Source: Callorhinchus milii | Lineage: Eukaryota | NCBI RefSeq assembly: GCF_018977255.1 | Contig: NW_024704742.1 | Location: forward strand, 123,878,001-123,942,000 | Direction: 5' to 3' | DNA: 64,000 nucleotides | Part shown: positions 52,620-64,000 of the stretch, piece by piece | How the letters are laid out: every line of letters begins with the position of its first letter | Position numbering within the stretch: the first letter of the stretch is position 1 | The notes under the pieces: model-generated | What the model was told of the DNA's origin: nothing | Database searches by the model: none | Seen by the model: the letters and a program-made list of their open reading frames with translations, nothing else | Made by a program: the position numbers and the translations under genes

Positions 52620-53278
52620 GTGTCCACTTTGTCGCCACTGACGGCTTCTCCTCCAGCCCCCGCACCATCATGTGTGGTATCACTCAGGGCTTTGTCCTTG
52701 GCCCTCTCCTTTTCAATATCTATATACTCCCTCTTGGTGACATCATCGGCAGACATGGGGTCAACTTCCACATGTATGTGGATGAAACAAAACTGTACCT
52801 CTCTGCCTTCACCCTCAATTCTAGGACCACTGCTGTCCTGACAGACTGCCTGTCGGACATCAAGTCCTGGATGAGAGCTAACTTCCTGTAGTTGAATGTC
52901 AACAAGATCGAGGCTCTCCTGCTTGGCTCCCATCAGCACCTCCATACCTCAGGCGCTGACGGCATTGCCCTCCATGCATTCACTCTACATCTCACGGAGC
53001 CAATACGGAACCTTGGTGTCCTGTTTGACTCTCAACTGTACTTTATATCCTGCATCTGTGCCATGACCTGCTCCACGTTTCCCCACCTCCGCAACATCGT
53101 CTGGCTCCGCCACTGTCTCACCGCAGGCCGCCGAGACCCTCTTTCATGCATTCATAACATCCAGGCTTGACTACCCAAACTCCCTGCTTGTCGGCCTCCC
53201 CAGCGGCTCCCTCCGTAGGCTGCAAATCATCCAGAACTCTGCAGCCTGTGTGCTCTCCCGCACCAGGCTCCGTGACCA
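52620..53278 (+). mobile_element. L2-type LINE RT remnant between SINE pieces
   Basis: QGFVLGPLLFNIY, YVDETKLY, NLGVLFDS motifs. Confidence 0.88.
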
Positions 53279-54172
53279 TATTATGATAATCCTTGCATTT
53301 GATATAGCGCCTTATCACATCTTCTAGACGTCTCAAAGCACTTCACAGAATATAATGTAAAGTGAATTGACTGTATGTTTTGTGAGCGAAACACAGCAGC
53401 CAATTGCACACAGCAGTGTCCCACAAACAGTCGTGGATTGAGTGACTAATTTTTTTAAGGAATTATTATCCCCAGAAAAGTGATCCACCAATTGACTAAC
53501 AACCAAATTGCTACTTACTACTATGTAAACAGAGTCGTGTGGAGTAAAGCAGCTTGTCCAACCTTTTACCCTGCCGGGAATCAAACCCAGGTCTCTTGCT
53601 TGCGAGTCAATTCACTTTACAGTATATTCTATGAAGAGCTTTGAGACGTCTCAAACATGTGATAACGCGCTATATCAAATGCAAGGATTATTATTATTGC
53701 ACATTCCTTTCGTTTTGTTACTGTTTTCTTGACTTATTATTCAAGTCTCCCTCCTACATGATATTCTCCCTGAAATATTAAATTGCAATCTCCCTTCCTA
53801 GGAGCAGTGCAATACTCACATATCATTTGCTTAAGGGATCAAGCAATAAAATGAAAATGTTTTCATGATGACTGTGAGGCTCATCTAATAGATGAAACAT
53901 GATTCATATGTTTGGTTTTTAATCTTGCTGCTTTATACCAAGGACATGCCTTGTGTAGTTGCTAAGGTTAGTTTGACAGTTATACAGTCATAATGGTAAG
54001 GCTTTGACATTTAGGTTAGTGTTCATGTGGTTGAAAGATTAAATTATTGTGAACTTCTTTTAACCCGCAAAGTGTTCAGAAATTCCACAGAATGATATCG
54101 ATTTTCTAAATTATGGGTGAATATTACACCAAGGCTTGAGTTCATGGTCTAGTCTTACACTCCATGCAGTGT

Positions 54173-54473
54173 GGAGTCCTGTAGCTCAGTGGTTAGAGCA
54201 CTCGCTTTGCAAGCGAGAGACCTGAGTTCAATCCCAGGCAGAGCGAAACCTTGGGCAAGTTTTCTTACTCCACACGCCTAATAATAATCCCTCCAAAACC
54301 AAAAACAATAATAAATTGGTCATTTTCAATCTACGACTGTTTGTGGGACATTGCTGTGCGCAATTGGCTGCCGCGTTCGCCCACAAATATACAGTCAATT
54401 CACTTTACAGTGTATTCTGTGAAGCGCTTTGGGACGTCCTCCCGACGTGAAAAGCGCTATATCGAATGTAAGG

Positions 54474-54513
<40 letters not shown>
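54173..54513 (+). mobile_element. Young full-length tRNA-derived SINE
   Basis: Same family; long (ATT)n tail; imperfect flanking duplication ATGCAGTGT/ATGCTGTGT. Confidence 0.93.
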
Positions 54514-54516
<3 letters not shown>

Positions 54517-57343
54517 CTGTGTTGTTGGACGTCTTGTGCTGAAATGTTAAACGAGATCTCGTTTGTTAGTTCTGCTGGTTACGGTGGTCTTATGACTGCC
54601 AGGGCCCATTTAGAAGAAAAGCAGTTCACTCATTGTTCCAGCCAATATTCCTATCTCATCCAATTCTCCAAATCCCATTAAGGGTAATCATTTATCTCAT
54701 TGCTGCTTGTTGGGCATTGAATGGCATCTTTTAGTTAGAAGGTTTATGAAGGTGTCATCTTGGCTCAATTGAGAAATGTTACATCTGTAATTCTCTTGTC
54801 ATGTTCCTGAAATAAACCAAGGTAAATTTTGCAGTGGCAGTCAGTGAAAACCCAGACAATTTTTTATCTTTACACCTCACAAAACCACATATTCTCATGT
54901 CAGTCACAGCTGAAATTGACCAAAATATGGAACTTCACTGGCTTTAAGAAATATACAGGAAGCTGTCAATTTGCAATCATGCAACTCTTCTGTACAAGCA
55001 GCAACTATAGGTAAGTTGTGGCTTGTGCTTTTAGTCACACTGCATATCAGATAAAGAAGATTGAGAGCAAGAGGGGCCATTAATCAGACACATCAAAGGG
55101 CTGGAGGGCTCTCCCTGAACACTTCCTGCAATTCAGTATGTTTACAGATAGAATATTCATTTGATCACAACAGTTGAATGTCTATGTATTGTTTTAAATA
55201 AGTCCTCATTTGATCTCATCAGTGGACCATTGTTAAATAACTGAGCCCACCAGCACTTTGCTCAATTGAGGGATTGATGATCCACTGAGTTTTCACTTTA
55301 ATGTCGAAAGTATAATGATTTAAAATTTAACATGGCACACACTTGTGAAATTTTCTTTAGTTTATTAACAATTCACATTCACGTATGCCTTTCATGTTGG
55401 GAGGACATTTGAAAGCACTTCATACGACTGACAAGGAGCCTGAGATAGGGCAGGGAGGAGCTGAGAAGTGGTGGAGGAAATATGGCCAAAAGCAAAGCTA
55501 AAGAGGTGGAATTTGAAGGCGGAGAGGGTGGGATCAAAGCAAATGGACTCTGGGATGATGGTCTAGAGAGGGGGCAGAATGGCTAACAGCTCGCCAACTG
55601 ATGGTAAGGCAGATGACATGAAGCAGGTCAGTGTTTGCTGAACAAACATTACTATTAAAAACAAATATATTCAGAACTTTGAAGCTTGTGTACTCTCCCG
55701 TACCAAGCTCTATGAACCGATCATTCTTGACCCACTCCACTAGATCTCCATCCCACAGAAGATCGATTTAGAATCCTCAGACTCACTTTTAAAGCCTTCC
55801 ATGGTCGTGCTCCCCCCTACATCTGTGGTCACCATACCAATCTCTCCACTCCCCCTGCTCAGCTGTCACTGGCCTTCTCCATGTCCGTTGCTCTGTCCTC
55901 CGCACCATTGGCGGTCAGGACTTCAGGTTTTCTGCCACCACCCTCTGGACTGGAATCGCTTCGCCTCGCCACCCCTTCCTTGCCTCCTTCCAGGCCTGTC
56001 TTAAGACTTTTCTCTTTGACTGTGGTTTCAGCCACACTCCCATCCCTCTTGATTCTAACCCTCAGCTTGGGCACAAACCCTTAACTGTACATTGCCTTGA
56101 GACATCCTTCTGATGTGAAAGGGGCTATATAATTTTTTTTTGTTTGTTGTTTGTTTGTTGGGCAGAGGGAGAGTTTAGGTAAGTAGGATCACAGGAGGTC
56201 ACAGAGGTCTGGTGGGGTGAGGCCATAGAGGCATTTGAAAGTGAGGACAACAATCCTGAATTCATCTGTTTAAGAACTGAAAAAAGGAGGCCACCAAATT
56301 AAAATTGGATTTAAGAATTTTTAAAAATTCTGTGTATTCTTATAGGTTAAAACTAGGTGGAATTCCAGGCCTCAGATCAGTAAAGAATCTATTCAGACTT
56401 AAGCACAACCTCAACTGTTACTAGTGAAATGATTTAAAGTTGGGAAAGCTGAGTTCCACCTGGAAGAATCAGTTGAGTGATTAAAACCTGGCTTCAGCCT
56501 GGCTCAGTTGGTAATATTCTTGTCTCCGAGTCAGTTTCTGTGGGTTCAAGTCCCACATCAGGACTTTGAACTTTAGTTTAGGCTGACATTCAAATGAAGA
56601 TAAGATGTTAAATGGAGGTTCTGTTCTGCCTGTTCAAGTGCATGTTCACAATCTCAATGGAGGACGATATTGTTCCAGGGAAGATTTGGGGCATGTTTTC
56701 TTCTCTCTGATAGGAGATAGTGAAGAGGGGCCAAAGGAAGCCAAAGGAATAACAGAGGGGTGGGGAGGGGCAGAGTTATGTGTATGTCATGAGATACTGT
56801 AATTATCATCAATAATTAACACAAGGCAGAAAATTCTGTCATTGTATGTGCAGTCCTTAACAACAACAGGTTTAGGTCTGGATAATTCCCCACTCCCCAA
56901 GGTCTATAGAATTTTGGCTATCTTCCTTCAGCCCAGCCTTTCTAGAACTAAATCGGCATCATGTTGGTCTGTCATAAACAGTGTTCTGGAGTATTGGGGA
57001 CCTGTCTGACTTAACAAACAGACTCCTGAGACCATCACAGATGATTGACTTGATTTTGATATTCCGTTGACAAACATGTCACCTTGAAGCTAGCTGAGAC
57101 ACAATATGACACTGCTTAACTCTGCCTTCCCCCCCCGGAGGATAATCGGATCAGTGATTGGCTTCCTGACCGAGAATGTCCTTAATTAAATGTGAAACGA
57201 ATATTAAAAGAAAGTTATAAGCTTTTATTTTCATTTTATAATGATTAAGCAGTATACTTGGGATATGGTTGGAAGCGTGCAGTCTGAGCCAAGCTACTTG
57301 GTCAGCAATTTCAGGACAGAGACAGTGGCCCTGTGACAAGCAT

Positions 57344-57529
57344 TCAGTACAATATTTCAGGCTCTGTATTGTAGGTTTCCACACCAGCAACTGTTTTCTT
57401 TATCCACTTAAGGTAGTCCTCTGTTATACGAGTGTAAATGCCAGGTTTTTTCGGATCTGCACATTTAAAACCGAACGACACAATCCCGCTGAACTTTTTC
57501 TTGCATATTAAAGGTCCACCGGAATCTCC
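57344..57529 (-). CDS. GZMA: Granzyme A-like exon 5 ([20 protein letters not shown]...PGIYT...EILY*)
   Basis: Catalytic Ser in GDSGGP; Gly216/Gly226; total CDS 837 nt = 278 aa. A versus K orthology is based on synteny and the FPYPC motif only. Confidence 0.92.
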   Translation of the reverse strand, partial: GDSGGPLICKKKFSGIVSFGFKCADPKKPGIYTRITEDYLKWIKKTVAGVETYNTEPEILY

Positions 57530-59134
57530 CTGGGAGGAGGAGAGAATAAATAACATCTTACTTCAACAACCCTCGAACTGCGGCAGGTTTGAAACTGTTC
57601 ACACAGAGTTATTATTATTAATATTCTGCAAAGTGAATATTATTTGCATTTTTATTATCAATCAAGATGTGATTACTTCATACTCAATGTATGCATTTGA
57701 GGGTTTTGTTATGTAACCAGACAAGATTTGAAAATTAAAAGGTTATTGGATGATATTATTAATAATTATCAGATGATGACACATTATATATAGATCGAGA
57801 TATGAGATATAATGAAATATGTGTTATTTGGAATGAGATAAATATTTCACAAATGCATCAAAGAGGTTTGTATGAAGAAGGCCCTTTGTTTCAACATTTA
57901 GTCTCAACATTTCAGAATATCCACCCTACATTCATCCTGTCACAGCGTTGAGCACTTTTTTAAAGAAGTCTTGCATTGTGGCCTCATCCACCCTTCTTGG
58001 TAATCTGTTCAGTTATTAATTGCCCTCTGGGTAAATAAGTCTTTCCCGGTGTCTGTCCTGTAATTGTCCTTTGCAACCCCAAACCTATGCCTTCTTGTTC
58101 TGCTGTGATGGTACACCCAATAGATTCTGTATCAAAGGGACCTTTTGGGAAGCTGGTGAATAGGCTAGATAGGCTAATGATCCACTGCTGCTTAAAGCTG
58201 TTGCTATACCACCGTTCTTTTAAGAAGAACTGACTGATTTTTTTTTACTATGCTTACTCAAACAATATAAGAATCATAATTTTTTATACGTTTAAAATCA
58301 CGTGTGACACGATGTGTGACAAGGAAAGAAAAGCACCTTAGTCTTTAACATTTACATGTTTTCCTTTAACATATAATAATAATGTAATGATCCCTTGCCC
58401 AAGATAAACCTGATTTGACAAATCAATACAGTATTTCATTATTCATTTTTTCCAAATTCTGTATTTTTATATTGTGATTCCTCTCTTTTAGCTTACTTTA
58501 TTTCCCTTTCTGTTTAGCTGAGCTGTAACCTGACCATTCATAGGATCCTGACCCAGAATTGCACCAACCTTACCATTCCTCAGATGGGGGTGGGAGATGC
58601 CTCCACAATTGGCTTCCCCACTCCACAGGTCTGAAAACACAAGTTGCGCAAGGAAAGGACAGCCGTAGTGAATTACATAGAGTTTCAGGGAATGTTCAGC
58701 AACGAAACAGGCCATTCAATGCTGGAGAAGTGGGGGAGGAATGGGAGGAGGTATTGCAGGGTATTGAAGAATTAAAGTAGTTTGTGGTTCAGATTCTTTC
58801 CCTCCCATTTAGCATCAATACCAGAAACTTGTTTTCACCTCTCAGGCTATGAGACACGGTCTGACGTGAAGGGCGCTATATAAATGCAAATTGTTGTTGT
58901 TGTTGAATGAACTATTGGGCCTACTTGAGTCCAGTGCCATTATATTGGTGCAAAGTGATTCAGGACTGGGACAAAGATGATATGTTCTACAAAATTATCT
59001 GAATTGCAGGATAGGTGGTCCAAATCAGAAAGTTAGTGCAGTCATTACATATCCTTACATATTATTATTATCATTATTATTATATTATTATTATCCTCTT
59101 ACCTTACTAAAGCCATGCAACATTGTATACTTAC

Positions 59135-59404
59135 CACACATGAATCGCTTTTCCCTTTCTTGTCACCAGCACAGATCATGTTTGTTGTTATTACAGGTTT
59201 CAGGTTGTAATAATCCTTTCGGTTGCACACACTGCGGTCTATTACAGTTATCTTTACTTCCTTAAGGGTGTCAGATGGGTCTTTAGACTGCGCACTTGTT
59301 ATTCCCCATCCTGCCACCGTGCAGGAAGTTCCACTTTTCACATCCTTACCATTAGGAAGCTTGAGCAAAGTTACATACTTGTTCAGCTTTGCTCCCTGTC
59401 CCAG
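59135..59404 (-). CDS. GZMA: Granzyme A-like exon 4 ([11 protein letters not shown]...CTVAGWG...[15 protein letters not shown])
   Basis: S1 Asp189 in SDSC (tryptase specificity); 270 nt, canonical splice sites. Confidence 0.93.
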
Positions 59405-60103
59405 CTGTGATAAAAGGGTAGCAAATTAGTATTTTTTCTGTTCAAATGCATTTCTTGAGATGTACTATTTGTTCCAAAAAGTTACGATGAATTTCGAGTT
59501 GTACTGAGTTAATAGCTGTCCCTATCAATATTACAAATAGGATCACCACACTTTCTGGCAGAGATAGACTTGGTCCGACATTCCAATGCAGTGCTGGGGA
59601 GTGATGCATTGTCGGAGATGTTAAACCAAGGTTTCATCTGCCTGTTCAAAAAGAGACAGGAGATACAATTGGACCATATATTTCTTGGCGTACAGCTTAA
59701 AGTTGAAGTGGGAAGCCATCTCGAATGTGTATTTATGTTTATATTACACAAACTGGAAATGAAGACGATAATAACATATGAGGTTAAAGCAGCATAATAC
59801 GTTTCGCTAGTTAATTAACACAAGGAATGTCGCAAACTTTTCCTCCATAGTTATAAAATACTAGTTTCTTTAACACAAGGAATCCTTGCCCGGTCCATTT
59901 AGTGGAGCGGTGTTTGTTATCTGATCTGGCGCTGCCCTTCCCCACTTCGGTATTGGTGTGTGTAATATGCAATTCCAGAAATGAAACGTGAAAAAACATT
60001 GTTTTCCTGTTTTAACATCTTTTGGAATTTGAAAGGGTATTGTTGCCACTCAAAAAATGTTAAAAGCTACAAATTGATTACAGTAAAATAAATAATTTCA
60101 TAC

Positions 60104-60254
60104 CTTTAGTAGCATGATATCATTTTCTCCAGTTGATTTGTCGAAACACGGATAGGGGAATTTGTCCTGAACTGCAAGTATTTGTTTGGTTGTTTCATTT
60201 ATTTTCAATGAATGTGCTCCAACAACCACCTGGATTTTATTCTTACCAAATTCT
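60104..60254 (-). CDS. GZMA: Granzyme A-like exon 3 (...VVVGAHSL...FPYPCFDKSTGENDIMLLK)
   Basis: Catalytic Asp in NDIMLL; FPYPC matches human GZMA FPYPCYD; phases 2 to 0. Confidence 0.92.
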
Positions 60255-60369
60255 CTAAGTTGGAAACAAACAAGAAAAATACACATATTGTACTTTAGTT
60301 TATTAAGGAGATGATCTCTGTGTGCAGAATGACAAACAAGCCAATGCTTTATTTATAAATCTAACTTAC

Positions 60370-60532
60370 AGATTGCAGTGTGCTGCCGTCAGGACCCAGT
60401 TGCGATCGATCAAAGTTCCTCCACATTGATGGGCATAAGCTTTTTTCCGATTGTTGAAAATCTGAATGGATGCCATGTAACATCTTGAATGAGGTTTAAC
60501 ATCATTGCCACCAATTATCTCCACACCGTGAT
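60370..60532 (-). CDS. GZMA: Granzyme A-like exon 2 ([22 protein letters not shown]...WVLTAAHCN)
   Basis: IIGG mature N-terminus, PHSRxYMA granzyme motif, catalytic His in TAAHC. Confidence 0.93.
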
Positions 60533-60611
60533 CTGTAATATGAATGTAGAAGTTATTGAAAGGTCGGTTCACAAGCTCTAAGGGTTTTTGAAAGCAAGAA
60601 ATTAACACTGT

Positions 60612-60920
60612 GGAGTCCTGTAGCTCGGTGGTTAAGCACTCGCCTTGCAAGCAAGAGACCCAGGTTCGATTCCCGGCAGGGCAAAACCTTGGGCAAGTTT
60701 CCTTATTCCACACGCCTGATATTAATCCCACAAGAAAGAAAACAGTAATAAATTGATCACTTCAATGCACAACTGTTTGTGAGACACTGCTGTGTGCAAT
60801 TGGCTGCTCAGTTTCAGCCACAAATGTAGTCAATTCACTTTACAGTATATTTTGTGAAGTGTTTTGAGACGTCTAGAAGGCGTGAAAAATGCTATATCAA
60901 GTGCAAGGATTATTATTATT
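60612..60920 (+). mobile_element. tRNA-derived SINE in granzyme intron 1
   Basis: Same family, more diverged; ACACTGT on both flanks. Confidence 0.88.
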
Positions 60921-63204
60921 ACACACTGTATTTCAGTAGAATAATGCACAGACTAAAGTAGTGGTAGTTATATGCCTATATTTCATATATCTTATTGTTT
61001 TAATGTCTTAATTTTATAAAACATATTATACCAGTAAAATCTACTCAATGCACCAAGGCTCACAGTGGTCAGTGTTCAATTTGCATCAATTACATTTTCA
61101 GATTCAGTTTCAGGTTGTATTGTAATTGTCACAATATCAACATAGCCAGGAAAGTTGGACAAGGATGTGAGTTTGGGTGATAACATTGATCTTATACAAA
61201 ACCAAAGTAACGGGTTTAACAGAAAGGTAGTATGGCTTATGTTTTTCTTGATGGTTTTCTATAAGGGAGATATTTGCTGTCATTTACCATTAGTGGGAAC
61301 AAAATTGGTAATATACTTCCCCAATGACTCAGCCAGTGGCTGCTGCATCTACTATGGACATTTAGCACCAGAGTATGGAAGCTCCCATGATCTAGGTTTG
61401 ATTAAATGAGATCAATCCTGTATTGAAGCAATAGTTAGCGCACTGGTTTTCATGAGCCATCCAGTAGCTCCTCCAACTATTGTAGCCGTTCTTAAATTGT
61501 GAGCCTTAGTAGTGAATTCTGTATTTAGCAAATTATGTGCAGGTTAGCAAGACCCAAGGCTTGGAGAACCCAGACTATGCGATGGGTCCTGCTGGAGTCT
61601 TAAACCACATAGCTTGATATCAATGGCAAGCACTACCACAACGCACACTCTGGGGTCCCCAAGTCTTGACTCTCGCCAACCTGCGCCTAATACTTTCCGG
61701 AATTGAGTAAGCAGGATGCGTCCCTCCAGGGAAAGAGTGCGTGTTCCATTCCAACAATCAATCTCTGGAACTCCATGTGTAAGCTGCATGGAAATTTCAA
61801 TTTGGTTTGGATATTCTTAAACATGGTGATGGGTTTCCGCATGTGTCAGACAGCCAGTTGACCCAAAAATTGTTTTAGCAAGCCGTTTGATCATGAAGGG
61901 GAGGCATGATGGAACTTAGACTGTCCTCTCCAAATGTCCACTTAGAATTTATTTCATGATGAATAATTATAATAATATTTGCATTTAGTATAACGTCTTA
62001 TCACATCAAAATGTCTCTCACTAAAGTGCTTCACAGCAGATACTGTTAAGTGTAGTGACTATGCATTTGCATTTGTACATGGCAACTATTTTGCACACAG
62101 CAACAACAACAACAAAATTACATTTATAGAGCGCCTTTCACATCGGGAGGAAGTCCCAAAGCACTGAACAGTCAGGTGTCGGGGCCCCAGCATGGGGGAG
62201 GGGTGGTGTAGGGTTAAGGGAAATGGTGTGGATGTGGGGGAAAAAAAGGACAGTTCAGGGTCAAACAAGATACCCAGGTTCCTGACTGGCTTAGTGAGGT
62301 TGAGTGTGCAGCTGTGGAGGCTGATGCTGCCAGCGCCTGAGGTGCAGAGGCGCTGATGTGAGCCAATCAGGAGGGAAGGGTAATTGTGTGGGGTGGGGGT
62401 AGGGAGGGGGTGGAGGTTGGGGGCCAGGTGGATCGGGAATAGAAGGCAGTTCAGGAGGTGAGGGGTGCAAGGACATTGAGTGTGGTGGAGAGGGTGCTGT
62501 GGAGAAGAGTGAGTGAAGCGAGTGGGTTGTTGCGAGAAGTGGGCCAGAGAGTGAGGAGTTCAGAGGACTCCAGGGCAGCGGAGAGGGATTGTGGGGAGAT
62601 CTTCTTCCACGGGCAGTAGAAGATGGTGGTAGGTTTGGAGGCAGTGGGGAGAGGGATATGGGAATTGAGAGAGATGAGGTGGTGACAGCAATGTCCCACA
62701 CATAGCCAGGAGGTGAATAACCAATTTGACGAGAGGATTGTTGGCCAGGACACCAGGAGAAACTCTCTTCCCTTTCAAAAAGTGCAATAGGTTCTTTAAC
62801 ATTTACCTGAACAGGCAGATGGGATCTCATGTGATGGATAGCACTGCCCTTAACATTGCACTGGACTGTTAGCCGAGACCACTCACAATCGCAGAGGCAG
62901 GAAATGAACTGGCAACCTTCTGACCCAGAGGCAAGAAAGCTACCAACTAAGCCAAATATTATTTGTAAAGGATAGATTTACTAGGAATTTAGAAAGTAAA
63001 CAGCATTGGTTCATGTTTAGGATATCATAGACTATGATCAATATATAAAAGGATAGATATCAGTACTTTATAACTTTGCACATTGATCATTTTGAACATC
63101 TGATAACAAGGAATTGTAATCCTGAAAAGATAAACCATACCATATAATTCTGATTATAGTTAATAATAAAACTAATAAAAAATTAAAGTTGAATATATAC
63201 TTAC

Positions 63205-63271
63205 AGCCTGGTGTTAGAAAAGAGATAACCATGAGAGAAGCAAACACAATCTGCACCAACATTTTCATCAT
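63205..63271 (-). CDS. GZMA: Granzyme A-like exon 1, signal peptide (MMKMLVQIVFASLMVISFLTPG)
   Basis: Hydrophobic leader; T|gtaagt phase-1 donor compatible with exon 2; three nearby Met codons make the exact start uncertain. Confidence 0.8.
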
Positions 63272-63294
63272 AACTTGCTGTGTGATACACTGGT

Positions 63295-63400
63295 ACATAC
63301 TGGTATTTATAATACTTCAAAGGGATGTGGTTTTCTTGTTCTTATACATGTTCAGCGAGTATTTCTTATTAATCTCTTTCGTCACTGTTTCCGGGAAGCC
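63295..63400 (-). promoter_or_regulatory. Putative granzyme promoter
   Basis: TATAAATA on - at 63311-63304; RUNX TGTGGTT 63326-63332; STAT/GAS TTCCGGGAA 63389-63397. Confidence 0.55.
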
Positions 63401-64000
63401 TCATCAAGTGTGCTAAAACACGTGATATCTTTCAGGATGACAAATCCGTATGACAATCCAGAGTATCTATGTTACTTTATTTTATTATTTTATTTATCTT
63501 ATTAATTAGTTTACTGGAATAGGAAATAGAGAAGGCGATAACGAATAGAATTAGAGTTCTTGGCTTTGTGTTTGGAGGAATAGAACACGAAAGTAAAAAA
63601 GACAGTAATGTTAAATTTATATAAAATGTTATTAAGTCTACATTTGGGGGACTATTTCTTTCCCCCATTCAGTGATATAAATGGCAATCTATGTAGTTTT
63701 CGATGCCCCAACAATAATACTTATTGTTTATCTACCAGAAAGTAAGGACCCGATTGGCGGATCGCTTTACGGGAGTAATGATCCCTTAAAAAAATATATT
63801 TAGTTACTCAAAGCACGACGTTTGTGGAAGAGTGCTGTGTGCAATTGATTGTTGCAATTCGCCAACATAGTACAGTCAATTCACTTCACAGTATATTCTG
63901 TGAAGCGCTTTTGTCATCTCAATCGTATGATAAAGCGTACTATCAAATGCCTGGATTATTATTATTATTATTATTATTATTACTGAGGACAATTCTGGTT

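Noticed and set aside
54173..54245. tRNA-Ala(TGC)-like sequence (also at 6813, 41100-41173, 60612)
   Set aside because: Head of a SINE, continuing directly into SINE body and tail; no proper acceptor stem

Overview
Vertebrate genomic DNA, not prokaryotic. The repeat landscape (tRNA-Ala-headed Deu-core SINEs with (AAT)n tails, L2 and CR1 fragments) points to a cartilaginous fish, probably a holocephalan such as Callorhinchus; this is inference. The window is the multiciliogenesis locus syntenic to human 5q11.2. (1) A 12-coding-exon CDC20B on + (15765-47961). (2) In its intron 2, four miR-449 (miR-34 family) hairpins on + (17.2-18.8 kb) and a complete nested antisense GPX8 (27916-23746, 209 aa). 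(3) A 5-exon tryptase-type granzyme A-like gene on - (63271-57344, 278 aa), convergent with CDC20B. Most notable: CDC20B exon 3 is about 1.07 kb, with ten in-frame 36-bp repeats, an in-frame retroposon tail and a 1-nt frame break. The CDC20B WD40 domain appears to keep CDC20-type D-box/KEN receptor residues but has no C-box or IR tail. There is a fourth miR-449 hairpin, a 1.26-kb GA/GATCCCA array between the putative promoter and the ATG, and clustered E2F/RFX/MYB motifs upstream. Homology calls rest on my recall of the human proteins, not on searches.
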